Below the pieces are notes generated by a model. That model did no database searches and had not been told where the DNA came from. It saw only the letters and a program-made list of their open reading frames with translations. A DNA stretch of 57,514 bases, the filler included, from Sluysia triapertura (taxonomy: Eukaryota): assembly GCA_046118255.1 (NCBI GenBank). It is 4 parts of 4 records of this genome, joined end to end, with 100 filler letters (N's around TTAATTAATTAA, not from the genome) between each part and the next. Parts side by side here need not be neighbours in the genome. Positions count along the whole stretch, not along the records: positions 1 to 17,205 come from JBJNIA010190940.1; 3 more parts are not named here. The stretch is one strand, 5' to 3'. The position numbers were made by a program, and so were the translations under genes. Shown here piece after piece: positions 1-13,326 of the stretch; position 1 is the stretch's first letter; the number at the start of each line of letters is the position of its first letter.

Positions 1-77
1 ATAATTTTGAAACTGTGCCGCCAAATTTTGAAATCTTTAAAATAGTGCCGCAACAAAAAAAAGGCTGAGAATCACTG
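1..77. mobile_element. End of a hAT (Charlie/Buster-like) DNA transposon or MITE
   Basis: Ends AAAAAGGCTGAGAATCACTG (reverse complement CAGTGATTCTCAGCC, like Charlie/Buster TIRs). Subterminal GTGCCGC repeats. The next 8 nt, TTATAAAG, fit the nnnTAnnn target pattern. The other end is outside the window. Confidence 0.6.
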
Positions 78-393
78 TTATAAAGTAATAATATTTATTG
101 AAGTTTAAAATAACTATAAATTTTATAAAGAGATTTGAATTGATAAGATAGAGTAAGAACTTTTGTAGTATATAATATTCAGATACATTTGAACTTGAAA
201 CAGGTGTAAGAGACAAAAGCTAAATTTCAAAGACTTAGAAAAAGTCGAGACAAATTTTTACATTAGCATATAATTTAAACAATAAAAAATTTATTACAAA
301 AATATTAAACAAACTTCAACGAAATTAAAATAATACTCACTATAACAAATAAAAACACGCAATAGATCAGAATACTCTAATCCAATCCATAAC

Positions 394-429
394 CACGTGA
401 CCCCACGTGCAATATTCTTTCGCTCTAGT
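394..429 (+). mobile_element. Possible Helitron 3' terminus
   Basis: Hairpin CACGTG-ACCC-CACGTG (394-409), then 15 nt, then CTAG|T (425-429). This is the canonical Helitron end layout, but the motif is short and could occur by chance. Confidence 0.3.
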
Positions 430-1109
430 ATTATTTTTTCTTATTGTTCCTAAAATGAATAAACCGAACCTAGGACGCATTATTTATTACTTTATAGTTG
501 TCATTTTTTGGTAAGGATAACAAGATTTTCGGACAATCCTGAATATTAAAAATTATTTTATTAATTATTAATTTTTCACATAATTTATTTAATCTATTTA
601 AAACTTATATATAACCTAGATTTATATTAATAACACTAATAATCAACTTTGATATCATAGATTAAAATGTTTAGATGAATTATTTATTTATTATGTTAAG
701 ATAATAATTTAACTTCAATTTAATTGTAAATTAAAGATTTAATAACTTCCTGAGAAATAATGATTTCCTCAAACTTTTTAATAACGATATATTAATTTTA
801 TTTGTTGACAAAATAGTCACTAAATTTAACATTAATAAATTTATTATAATTAATTCTTTAAATAAACACAAAATTGTTTACCAAAATTAATAAAATTGGT
901 GCGTAGTTTTTTTATAATGAAATTATTGGTAATAATAACTTTCAATTAATTTTTTATTCCAATGTACATTAGTAACACAAAATTAACTTTCAGACAACGC
1001 ATATTAGTTAATTAAAGGGCATTATAGTCAAACTACCATATATTTAATGCCTTTAATGTATCCAAACCCATCATCGTTCTGTTACAATTTTCAGTGGTTT
1101 TGCATTCTT

Positions 1110-1185
1110 AATATGCGGCAAAATAATTTTTTTAGCTCGGTCCAGTTACAGTATATGAATTTATGACATAAAGTGGGCATCCCTG
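1110..1185. mobile_element. Degenerate hAT (Charlie-like) MITE end
   Basis: Ends AAAGTGGGCATCCCTG (reverse complement CAGGGATGCCCACTT, resembling CAGGGGTGTCCAAC-type TIRs). ATGCGGC subterminal motif upstream. Confidence 0.4.
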
Positions 1186-1799
1186 TAACTAAAGTTGACA
1201 ATAGTGAATGAAAAATTTATCTTAATTGCTAGAGATTCTGTAACTTTTAATTTATGTAGTAACTAGATATGTATTTATAGAGGGTTTATTCTTATGCCGA
1301 AGTGTTCCGTAATATTACTTTTGTTATATTATGTAATATTATGTCTGTGTTATGTATTATAAATCTCATGGATTATAAATTTATTCAGTTAAGTCACAAA
1401 AACAATCAAGGAAAATTAGTTTGTAAAATTGACTTTTAAACACTTACTAAAATGACAAGAATAATTAAAAAGTTCACTAAAAATAAGAACAAAATATGAG
1501 TTTAAAATTAAAACCTTTTTCGGGTTTTTAATTTAAATACAAATGTAATTATTAATTAATTTGCCCCCTCAAGAAATGGGGGGTTAATAATAATTAAAAA
1601 GATTTTTCGCGTATTTTAGTATTATCGTCCACGACAGACAAAACAACCTTACAAAAGGTAACTTACTAAAAATTAAAATTTTTGAAAGAAACAATATGGT
1701 GAATGTCCAAGATTTTGCTTTACTCCAATTTCAATTGATAAAATAAAGTATGATACATGATTGTGAAATTAATGTGTTTTAAATTAAGATTTTAAATAT

Positions 1800-1870
1800 T
1801 TCTGATGCAAGTATATATGCTAGTCGTCAGCCAATCAAAATCAATGGAAATTCTCTAAAATTCCGGAATT
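1800..1870 (-). repeat. Dispersed repeat, also at ~42335-42410 and ~43540-43603 (+)
   Basis: Shared core GATTTTSATTGGSTGAYGACTAG..CA in three places; unclassified. Confidence 0.6.
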
Positions 1871-3407
1871 TTATATTTCTTTTTTCGAAAATGGCTTTCT
1901 TTCGTGAAATTATCATTATCATCATTAAAATTAGCATTATTTTAAGTTTTGATATTGCATTTGTTAAATATATTTTTTTAGTTTAAAAACATTTTGTTTG
2001 GTATATGGCACAATGAATTATTAATTATTAAAGATATTTTGCACTGGTTCAGTTTCTATAACATTTGTTTGTGCATATTCTAAAAATTTCAATTATCCAG
2101 AATAAACATAGATATTCCTTACATGTGACCGGGCTTGATTACTTAGTGATTTAATACTTTATTATAGAATATTTGTTTTTATAAAAATGCAATTAATGAA
2201 GGGCTTAAAATCAAGTTATTTATAATTCAAAATTTTTTAAATTATAAATCGGCTTAAGGCCTAATATTCTTAAAGGTCTAAAACAAATAAAAGCTTGTTT
2301 TTTTAATTTTATTTTGATCCGAAACAAAAAATAAAATTTATAACGTTAATTACACAGTACCGTATAAATTGTTTCTACCGACGCCTCAATAATTTTTGGA
2401 CTGTCAGATCACATGTGCCTCATGCATGTTGTTAAAAAACAAGTCTACTAATAACTTTATTGAAGTCATTAATATATTTAATAATAATCGTTAATCAAAA
2501 CTTTAATAGCAACTCTAATAATAGCTTTAATGAAATTTTTAATCAAACTTTATTAATATGTTTAATAATAGTTAAATAGCTAATCGAAACTTTATTGACC
2601 TCTTGAATCAGTTCACTAAGTCTTATGTTTGAGCTTTTCTTATATCTTTAATTTCATATTCCAGATTAATAATAACTAATATGAATTTTTTATTATTAGA
2701 GTTAATAATTTCAAATATATCGTTAAAAGAATAGGTAAAGCTTGATTTGATGCATGATCTGTAACACTTACTATTACTATTACTATACTACAACTATTAT
2801 AATAAAATTGTATCATGTCCATTTGAGTATTAAACTTCGTCATTAAATTTTGTTGTAAATGCTCTGATAAGAATTTAAGAATTCATTGTTCGTAGCTATA
2901 ATACCACTTTCTTCTAGCAATAATTTTAAGCTAACTGATTTTGCAGATGCAGACATTTAGTTATTTAAGAACGCTTAGTTATATTATGTTTTATTATATT
3001 TATATATTTACGCTTTATTGTTTATTTTGTCTTTGTCATTATATTTGAATTTATTATAAATATTATATTTTATTATAAAAGAATTAAAACTTTAAAAATA
3101 GTTCCATTTAATTAAAATAGTTTCATTCCTAAAATTATCATAATAATAAAATTTTTTAAATAATAATTTCATAATTTAAAAAATGATAATTTAATAATAA
3201 TAAATAATTTAATTTAATTTGTCAATTTTGTTTCTAAGTCAACTAAATAAATACTACGTTGATTTTCAATATGGTTGCATCAGTGAAAATTCTAATCATC
3301 TATTTATGCTTTTCAATTTCCTTGAGAAAAAAGTAATTGTATAAGGTTTTAGTTCTTATCTTAATAGGAAAAAAATTAAACTCGACTTAAATTATTAATT
3401 TGAACAC

Positions 3408-3720
3408 TAGACCTTAACGGCTAGTTTAATTTTCTTTTTAAAATCTAAAAAATTGCTAAGGAAGTTTCTTCCTTAAGCGATCTAAAATACTTATAGATAT
3501 TATAGTTATTTATTACATTTGTTATTATTTGTTACAGTCAATTGCTTACTTAATAAAGTATTTTTTGCCTTTTATAAATCTAAAATAATAATTATTTGCT
3601 AGACCTTAAGAAGGCTAGCTTAACGTCTAACCTTATTAAATTATTTTGACTTGTACACTAGACCATAACTGGCTAGCTTAACTATTTAGAAACTGGACCA
3701 TAATTGGATTAGTTTAATTT
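3408..3720 (+). repeat. Four spaced copies of a ~25-bp motif CTRGACCWTAA..GGCTAGYTTAA
   Basis: Copies start near 3408, 3599, 3658 and 3693, with unequal spacers. Confidence 0.7.
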
Positions 3721-4699
3721 ATTGAATATAATTTATAAAATTTATTATTACAAAGCGAAAAGGAACATTTTAACTATTGACATCGTCTAACATTATTTTT
3801 AAGTTCTTTAAAATTAAATCCTAATAGACGTCTTCGACCAGATATAGGACGTCTCAGTTAGGTGAACTTTCCTTCAGAAAATTATTTTTGCAAACTTTTA
3901 GTACACATACTTGCAGTTAAATGTTTAGTTAAAATTGACATATTTACTGTAAATAATAACCCCTCACCGTCTTTCATCTGACATCGAAATAAAGATTGAT
4001 TGAGAAACAAATCAATAAGACAGCATTTACTATTTTTAGCAGTCATTTTTGAGCCATAAAAATTCAAAAAATAATTTTTAAAATTTTTATAAAAAGGTGA
4101 CGTGAAAATATTTAAAATGAAACAATAATTTCAATTAATTAAACAAAAAAATACATAAAGTAAAAATTCTTTTTCTTTATTACTTCTAATTTTATTAATT
4201 ACTATACTTGTCGCTTTATACTTTCATACATATCTTCTGAAAGTATAACTTCTAAATAAACATGAAATTCTTTACAAAATTCTTCACTTTAATTTTAGTT
4301 TCTACAGCTTTTTGACTTTCTTTCAGTTATTAAATACATTAATGTCTTTTATTTTCTTTTGATTCAACTGTTTTTTTAGAGCGTTTTCAGTATTAGAAAC
4401 ATTATCCATTATTTTAGCAGTAGTTATATTTTATTTGATATTAGAGGAAATTGTTTTCTTGTCTGCTATTTTGAATTAACAGGTAACTCGTCGTGTTTTT
4501 GGATGGTGTAGTTCCTTTTTGCTTTTCTCATCATATTTAGAACAAACAAGAACTAAAAAAATAATGTGATACAGTATCGTTGTAAAATTAATCTGGCTGA
4601 AAGAAAATGTTAAAGAAAAATTACATAATTCACATCTGTAAATACAAAAAGAAAGTGTAGCGTGAAAGATTTTAAAAATTCTCTTCGTAATTTAGACAG

Positions 4700-4895
4700 A
4701 CGATAATGACAAGACAATTTTGATATTAATACAATTATTATTGTAATTTGTATATTAATGAATTTATTGTAGGTTTTGAAATGCATATTAAATGTGATGA
4801 GATGATGATGCATTGAATATAATTGTGGATGAATTTTATATGAATTAATGTATGTGAATGGCAACAAAAATATTGCATATAGCTGGGACACCACA
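4700..4895 (-). mobile_element. Left-end fragment of the TGTGG double-hairpin family
   Basis: Minus strand begins TGTGGTGTCCCAG and continues C/A-rich. It aligns with 6763-6960 and more weakly with 21476 onward. Confidence 0.55.
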
Positions 4896-6762
4896 ATTAT
4901 CAAAAAATAGTGATTTTGTATAAAAACAACAGCTTGTATTGTAATAAATGCGAGTGGTTTATTACTTTCGGATTAAGTTGTAATGACTCTTACTCGATTT
5001 AAAATTATTTTTAGACTTCAAATAAATATAAACTATAAACTTTGACCTTTAAATGTTTTAAAATATTGTTATTTAACTCTATTTAACTCTGTTATTTTTA
5101 CTGTAACAATACTTTAACTAATATTAAAGGACTTTAAAACTTAATGTCATCAATCTCTATCTGAAAAATCGTAGTTATAACTCGCCTCTGATGTAAGTCG
5201 TTCAGTCTCACAATAAAAACAAGAGTCTAACTAACAAACATCTATTTAATATAGTGATAAATTTTAATCCATACATATTTATTTTATTTTCATTATATCG
5301 TACTTAATTCACCAATATTCAATAAATCTTCACAAATAAAAGTTTCCTGAATAAATCCACAGTGATAAATTTCATGATACAAATAAATTTTCACTAATAA
5401 AAGTTTTCATATCTTTAATAACACTTACAAATGAGCAAAATTTGTCGTATCATTGCAATGAAAAATATCATATTATGGATGTAAATAATGTAAATAATAG
5501 TCGTTTGAATAATTTTCAAAGGATAATTTGTAAATAATAGTAGTTTTTAAAGGAATAATTTGTTATTTGTAAAATTAAATGAATAATATTTGTAAATGTA
5601 AATAATAATATGAATACTTTAAATGTACTTAAAATTGTACTTAAAAAATCTTATCTTGATTTATTTCTTGAAACATTTTTATGATAATTTTATTATTTGA
5701 AACATAAAAAATTTAATGTGAAAAATAGTCTAATTTTATTATGTGAAAAATACTATAATTGTGTTTGCATGGAATTATATAAAAGCAAGTTACACTAAAC
5801 AATTATCACACAAAATGGTTTTATAAAATTTTACGTGAAAACTATTTTTGGTTACTACTCGGTTATTCCAACAAGTGTTGCTGTTAATAAGATTATCGCG
5901 GTTTATCGATTGCTAATTGAATATTCCGATAAGCATTAAGTGGGCCGACCAAAGTGTTGTTATATTACTAAGATCCTGTGACCTGATCTATATTACGCAG
6001 TTTTCAAGATATCATTAATATTTATTTTGGTGGGCAATTACTGCTCAAAAAATCTTCAAACATTTATCAATCCACGCAGCCGTAAGATTGTTTATTTTAA
6101 GGTTTTGTCCTAAGATTTTCGCAGTATTAATTTTATACTTAATATTTCATAATTTTTAAAGCCAATAACTTATCCTACCTCAACGTTAAATTTTAAAAAT
6201 TACCGTTCAAATTAAGAGCATTCTTCATTTTTAACTTCTTATTGTTATTATTTGTGTCTTATTTTACTAAACATTTTATTAATAAACATTAGGCATTTTG
6301 TTTTTCAATTTCGTGATTTTATAACAAGTTAATTTATTTATAGATTAAAATACTCACAATAAAACAATCCCTTATCATTTGAACAAATACTGGAGATTCT
6401 ACCAAAACATTTATAGCATTAAGCGTCCGAAATTTGAACAATCAATGATATAATTGTGTTTCGCTAAGATCAAGAATCCATTTTCGTAGCAATGTCATCT
6501 TCGTATATTTCTTGTCCTTATTTAGTAAGTAAACACAGCAAATATTTGGCGCCCGAATTGAGATCACTGATTATACATCGATCTTTATTTGAATAAGTAA
6601 TTATTACGATATTGATTAAGTATTATTGACCATTTAAAGTTTGAATTATATAAGTTCGAATTTGGAGCATATTTTTGGTGTTTATAATTAAGTTAAGCTT
6701 AAGAATTATTAAGTTTGGAATATTTAAGTTTTAATTGGAAATAAGTAACTATTACATTAAGT

Positions 6763-7000
6763 TGTGGTGTCCCAGGCATACACTTTACTTTTATTATTGC
6801 ATACAGTCACACATTTACATAAAACCCACTTACTAATATTTTCTACATTTCACAACCTCATCTCGTACCACACAAACCACCTAACTCAAAATAAAATCAT
6901 TAACATTTAAACTACTATAATCGATCACATCTACATCAAAATTAGTTCCACATATATCGTCTTTCCATTCCACCTCAACATCATCTTGGAAAGCATGACA
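6763..7000 (+). mobile_element. Left-end fragment of the TGTGG double-hairpin family
   Basis: Begins TGTGGTGTCCCAG. CTAATATTTTCTACATTTCA matches CTAAATATTTTATACATTTCA at ~21523 in copy B. Confidence 0.55.
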
Positions 7001-7143
7001 TTGGTTGAATTATTTATGTTTTACGCGTTATTGTGTGTAAATTAATTATTTCCATAATAATTTACAGAATTCTTTGTTATATATGTTAATAAAATTTTGA
7101 ACATTTTAGGATATTGACAATAAAATTGTTAGATGGGGCTGAT

Positions 7144-9549
7144 GTCACAATTGGTCGCCAATGATAGATTAAATAAAGTCGAGAATATTTCTGAGGCTCT
7201 ATCTTGGCTGAATGGCGGTAAACCCGATAAGTGTACACGATTTCTATCTATCCTCAATTTGCGCCGAAAATACCGAATTTCTGCTAGATTCCTTTACTGT
7301 GAGGATCAAATAAAATTAAATATTGTGAAATTTTAAAAGACACTTATAGAATAAAGTAAAATTTATAACCGAGGCTTACCAGTTAGGGCTAGCCGCTGGT
7401 TTTTTCTTGCAGTTGAAAAGATTTTATTAGACTAAGAAAGATACCTTAGTGCTTGCTTAACTGTAATGAAGGTCTGGGGGTATTTTATTATAATTTAATA
7501 AGATTTATAAAAGAATGGGAGTAAATTCTAATTTAGTGATGCAAATATTCTGTAAACTGAAAAATAACAGTTAAGTTTTGTATTATTGAAATAGTTTTCG
7601 AAAGTCTATGAAAAGGATTTATAATAAATGATTTTTCGATTTCAGATTTATATTCTGAATAAAGCGTTACTATAACAATGATTTTATAAAATTAAAGCTA
7701 TAAAAGTTAGTTGTTAATAATAAGAATTTCTCAAAGAATTTATGTATTCGTAAATTAAATAACTTGATACAAATGATATATAAATATTAATAGATAAGTT
7801 GCGCTAATTAATTTCAGTTAATTCTTTGAATAATAATTTAACAATATATTTTACGAGAAACTATTATAAGTTTCAAAATTTATTCCAAAATCTATTTTTC
7901 ATTGATTTTACGTAAATATTTTATATAGACTATGAAAAAATCTAGCCAAGAAGTTTTCTGTCCAACTGAAAATTTTCCAACGAAATATTTTAAAAATTTG
8001 TCACTTCTTTAGTTAATATAATAGTTGTGAGTTTTGTGCATTTTTACGTTGCTTAAATACTTATTTAGCTGACCTTGGCCAGATTAAAACAAAAACTATT
8101 TTAATAATTAAAATAAAAGTATTCCAATTAATAGAAATATTAGAATTACTTACGTTAGTTTTTGATTCCAAATAAAAATTTTTAATTAATTTAACTTCCA
8201 AAAATTAAAATTAAAATTCAGAAAGTAATAAATTAATCAATTATAAATCAATAATTCAGTACAATATCAAATGCGACATCCTTGGTGAAAACGAAGTCAC
8301 ATTAAATTGGTTTCATAAAGAGAAAATAGGTAAATATCTTCATGAACTGATTAACATTTCCAATACCAACATTTTGAAATCCCACAAAATCCAAGGTCAC
8401 CTTCAAGAATGCTTCACGAAAAGTCGCCCGTTTTCTTTACAATTAAACAACCAGAGTTGGATTTTTATGATTAAGGCTAAGAATAGTATTCTGAAGCTTA
8501 ATTTCTCTCCACAAAACATTCGACTGCATCTTTCATTACGTGTCGCTGGTATGGTTTTGAACGAGAAACAATTTCCCACGTATTATGTCTTTGCCCTCGA
8601 ACTATCATTGGCCTTACAGTCAGACAATAAGATTCTCGAATGTTTACATAGTAAACTTAAACAAATGGGCTTTTGAGTCAAAATGGATTCGCAAACCCCC
8701 ATTACTATCGAAGACCTTATATACAAGCGCAAGGTACCAATTCTTCCAAACATTTTCTCATTGACGTCAAGTCGCCGATTGATGATTATGAGAAATTCAA
8801 AGCGGCTTGAACTTTCAATATTACGAAATATTCAGACCTGAGAGATAAGCTCCAAATACAACTTAAATGTCAGGTTTCCATTGACACGTTGGGATCCTGA
8901 AAATGATATCCTTCTGAAAAACTAGGCTTCCGTAGGGCCGATATAACTGGTTTAGCTCGCCAGTGTATCAAACTCTCCATTGAATCCTCCTTTAATATCT
9001 GCCTCCAATATCCCACATAAATAATATTGTTGTCATGACTTAATCTTGGTACTTTAATGAGTTTGTTTATCATCTATCTTGTGGGCTTTTAATCTTTAAT
9101 CTTTTGGTTTTTGGGAATAATAAATCTATTATACAACAACTGATATTCTCTTTCACATTTTCATTTTCATTTCTTTCTTCTTCTTTTCATCTTGCATTCA
9201 ATGGTTTTTATTTCTTTCTATTCTTTTATTTTTATTTATTTTTTCCCGTATTTATTTTCCTATATTCTAACTTCTTTATTTCTGGTGTAATTGTGATTTA
9301 ATATTTTTCTTTGCTATTTCTGACTATCAATAGTATGATGTGGCCCCATAGTTCAACAATTATTAACATGTTCCTTATCTCCAGCAGCACAAGTGGCAGC
9401 AGCAGCACGAATATCAATTTCTTAAATGGACAATCAGTATCAGCCTTATTACACTAACTACTTTTAATATGAGCCTTTTGTTTATATTTATTGTACCACA
9501 TTATTTGATTATGTACTTGTTTTTGTTGTAAAATAAAAGTTTTCAATTC
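7144..9549 (+). mobile_element. RLE-type (R2/R4/NeSL-like) non-LTR retrotransposon, copy 1: 5'-truncated, decayed, interrupted by unrelated DNA at ~7300-8270
   Basis: 7150-7290 (NDRLNKVENISEALSWL) and 8270-9020 align with copy 2. It has a CCHC-like motif (CRWYGFERETISHVLCLC) and a restriction-like endonuclease remnant (RP.LIYK...IDVK...KY). The 3' UTR is pyrimidine-rich with AATAAA just before 9549. Many stops and frameshifts. Confidence 0.88.
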
Positions 9550-9614
9550 ATCGAACTGTGCAACGAGAGGTCCCGGGTTCGATCCCCGGTCAGTCCATTT
9601 TATGAAGTCTAACA
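9550..9614 (+). ncRNA. 3' part of tRNA-Ala-like target unit, downstream junction of RLE copy 1 (5' part at 7127-7143)
   Basis: AGGTC-CCGGG-TTCGATC-CCCGG-TCAGTCC-A gives variable loop, T arm with B box, acceptor 3' strand and discriminator. It is followed by TTTT and TCTAACA. Confidence 0.75.
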
Positions 9615-9784
9615 CATATATTAAAGATTTACTTTCTTCATATAATTTGAGAATTTTTGGTATAAGATGATAATAATAAAATTGTAATTGTAATTTTTTA
9701 ATTTAATATTTAACGTAACTGTAGTTTTAATATATGTACATAAATTATTAATGCCATCTACAAATATCTTTCTTTTTGTATTAT

Positions 9785-9848
9785 TGTTAGACCTCATAAA
9801 ATGGATTGACCGGGATCGAACCAGGTACCTCTCGCTGCGCAGTTCGAT
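9785..9848 (-). ncRNA. 3' part of tRNA-Ala-like target unit, downstream junction of RLE copy 2
   Basis: Reverse complement ATCGAACTGCGCAGCGAGAGGTACCTGGTTCGATCCCGGTCAATCCATTTTATGAGGTCTAACA, a near copy of 9550-9614. Confidence 0.75.
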
Positions 9849-12800
9849 GAATTTCAAACATTTATTTAACAGTATACAGGTTTTACATATATAGTATATA
9901 CAATCAGATAATATGTACATATAAATAAATAACGCTAAATTGTGGGGATCACAAAATTGTTTGTTAATGATAGAGAAAATCAAAAATATTCTTAAAACTG
10001 GTTAATGATGCTGCTACCACTTGTGTTGCATAACAAGAGATATATAGACTTTGAAGATTACAGACATACCATCATACAAAAATATACAAAATACATGAAT
10101 AAAATGGGACGGGGAGTAGGATAAATTATAAAAAGGTTAAACAAACGTAAACTAGAAAGAGAGGAAATGAAAAGGAAACAAAATTTTTATTTTATTTTTA
10201 AAATTACAAATAAAAATAAAAGAAGCACAAAAAGAAGGGTATACTAGGAAATGGAGAATAAGAAGTAGAAAGGTAAGATTGTTGTTGTGGTATTATACAT
10301 TAATAAAGAGAGAAACTATTGAGGTTGTATTTTGTTTTATTTATTACAAAACAGGGACAGAATAAATGAAACACCCAAATGAGGAAGAAAATAATTTGTT
10401 CAAATTAGGGATGCCAGAAAAATATATATTTATACTGTTTACAGATAGCGAAGGATAAAGAGCAAACTAGAATGCAAAAGTGAAAGGATTAACAAAGAAA
10501 GAGTTAGTATTACCCAAGAAAGAGAATAAATTAGAGGAAAAGGAAACGAAACCTCTAAAATAAGAGACCAAAAGGTAAAAGGATAGCTCCAAGACAATAT
10601 ATACTGCATGAAATACACAAAAAAAGTAAAAGGCGTACACTCCAAAATGAAATTCTGATAGAACTAAGATAGCAATAGATGCCCAGTATTCAAGTGGGAC
10701 ACTGGAGAGAATAGTCCTTATAAATGTCTTTATAACAGTGTGAGGTCATAGATATAAAACATGGGTAATCGTTTCACGTTCAAACCCGCATCAGCGACAA
10801 GTGACAGGAAGATGAAGCCTAATATTTTGTGGGCAGAAATTGAGTTTCAAGATATTGTTTCTGGCCTTAATAGAAAAGATCCAAGTCTGATTGTTTAGTT
10901 GTAGGGAAAATGGACGACCGGATAAGGAACTTTTTAAAAAGCAGTCCACAAAACCACCCTCGATTTTGTGGGATTTCCAAGTGTTACTAATGGAAATATT
11001 AATTAGTTCATGAAGATATTTCCCCACTTTCTCTTTATGAAACCGATTTATGAAACCTCACTGTCGCACTTAATAAAGAGTTTAATTTGGTCCTTAGAAT
11101 GAGGGAAGGAGATATAAATTCGATATTTACGTTGTAGATTGAGGATACACCGCCGAATTTTGATCCACCAAGTTTGGAGTCGTTCGAGCCTGTCAGATTT
11201 ATCCCCAATCAACCATTATAGAGCGTCAGATAGATTTTCGACTTTACTCAGTCTATCAGTAGCAACTCGGACAATTTCATGAAAGGAAAGGCTACGAATA
11301 AGGTCAGTACGACTATTGAAAAGTCGGAAAGCGCAGACTATATTCTGGTACATATATTCGTCGTAGGAAAAGGTCAAGCCTAAACCCCAGTGATTTTTGT
11401 ACGCAAAGAAGAAAGTATTGTTAAGAGAAAATTCTTTAAACCTAAGAAGTCCTTAAAAAGATGATTGACTTTTTCATCATACCCGACAGGTTGGGGTAGG
11501 TTCCAGGATTATCTGGCATGAGGACTGCAAAGCGTTTGGGTGTTTATATTAAGATTGCGCATATGAAATGGTAAGCGCGAATAGATAAAGTTGCGAAACG
11601 TGAGGAATTTGTTTTGACAACTTAGAGGGGAATCTTTCACTTTCTCGGCCAGCGCTCGGTTTTCCTCAAGGAGATCAGTCATATTACGCTTTTTTACTTC
11701 ACCAAAGGGAACCCCTAAATAGATGTTATTGTCACTATCTTTCATACTGATAATGGGAGTATTATCAATAAAAAGAGGAAAGATTGGTGACGCCCGGAAT
11801 GTTGTGGAATTAAAAACATTTACTATGGTGGAAGATTAAGTTTGCAGACTTTGCATGCTCAACAGTATAATTAAGCATTCGTTGCATTAGTGCGCGACAG
11901 AAAATAGTGCGATGTCATCCGCATAAGCAAGATAGAGAGGAAATGACATTCCACTAATTGAAATGTAGTCTTCCCGAGCGTTGATGAACTTGTGAAACAA
12001 ATAATCAATGGCCAAGGAGAAAAGGATCGTAGAGAGAAGGCAGTCTTGTTTTACCTCCTATTTGATAGGCACTAATTCAATAATAAGATTGATACATTTG
12101 TACAAAGTGATGCTATCTTCGTAAAGATCCCTAAAAAGAATCAGAGTATGCTGGTTCAGCCCCATAAGAGAAAGTGTGTGCCAGATGAATTGGAGTGGAC
12201 CAGAATCGAAATCCTTAGTTAGGTCGAGAAAAATTACATGGAGTTCAATTTTCCTCGATTTCCTATGATTAAGGGATGCAATGATTTCCTGAAGTGAGCG
12301 TCAGAACAAAGTAGCGCGGCTTGGTAATTACTGATAAAGTTGCCGGCATGTATCCAAGAGAGAAAACGGTCATTAAGGATTTTGTGAAGACTCATGTCGC
12401 ATCGAGTTTTGCACGATGAGTACTAAAGGATTTTCAAGTTTCTCGATGGATTTTATTGAACAGAAGGCAAAGGACGTTCTTGATTTGTTCGAACGTGATT
12501 TTATTGGACCCTGGGCAGAAATCTTACAAAACTTCAGGGTAGCCATAATTCAATAAGTATGGCAAATCACCGAGCTTTGAAGGGTCAAAGGAAGGGACAG
12601 TGCCGCAACTGTAATAGTTACAAATCTCGGACGCAGAAGGAGTAACTGGAGGGGGGCAGTGCCAGTAATACGTTGGAATGCTTTCGTTTGATTTTGCTTA
12701 AAGATTTATTCAGGTCCTGTTGAACTTCCTTATTGTCATTTTGTGACTTTTTAAATTGTGATAGGATGTTCGGAAAGTTGGGAGGAAACAACCTATGTAT

Positions 12801-13326
12801 CAGGTCACAAAATTTCGGAAAAGATTTTGTTGACAGAAAGTTCATCCTTACAAATTTTGTTACACAACGACCAAAGAGAAGGATGATGGTGTTTTGCTTT
12901 CATGTCGGAAGGAAGTTTCAGAGAGTGGACAACGACATTATAAAGTATTTCCCTTGTGGCATCAATATCTGGTTGAAAAACATCATAATGTCGGGATCGC
13001 GTTTATAAAGTAAAGCATTTATTACAAATAAAGGGAACGCAATCGGTAGGAACAGTTTTTGTTGGGTAAGGAATAATCTTACGTATAACGTCCTGCTTGC
13101 AAGGGTACACTGGAAGAGCAGTATATGCGATCATACATTTTTGGAGTAAGACAAAGATTTTTTGGCACAGAATGTGTCAAAATGTGACCAGTAAGAGAGA
13201 CAAAACTATCAAAGAGAAGGGAGCAAGAACATTTAACGATGATGTGGTTCCCTTTGAAGTTGTTTTTTTAAGCTGATGTCACGTTTGGGGATTTATAATG
13301 TATGGAATCGGACACCGATTTGGTGG
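9849..13326 (-). mobile_element. RLE-type (R2/R4/NeSL-like) non-LTR retrotransposon, copy 2: longer, pseudogenised
   Basis: Minus-strand translation gives an N-terminal C2H2-like finger (KCSCSLLFDSFVSLTGHILTH, ~13170-13235) and RT motifs HVIFLDLTKDFDS (~12205-12240), VKQDCLLSTILFSLAID (~12005-12055), YLAYADD (~11915-11935) and YLGVPF (~11705-11722). CR.CGFERETITHV (~10755-10802) follows. The 3' UTR is homologous to copy 1. Confidence 0.92.

Noticed and set aside
12733-13008. Plus-strand 91-aa ORF (and 8870-9073 minus)
   Set aside because: Antisense shadows of the RLE retrotransposon coding strand.
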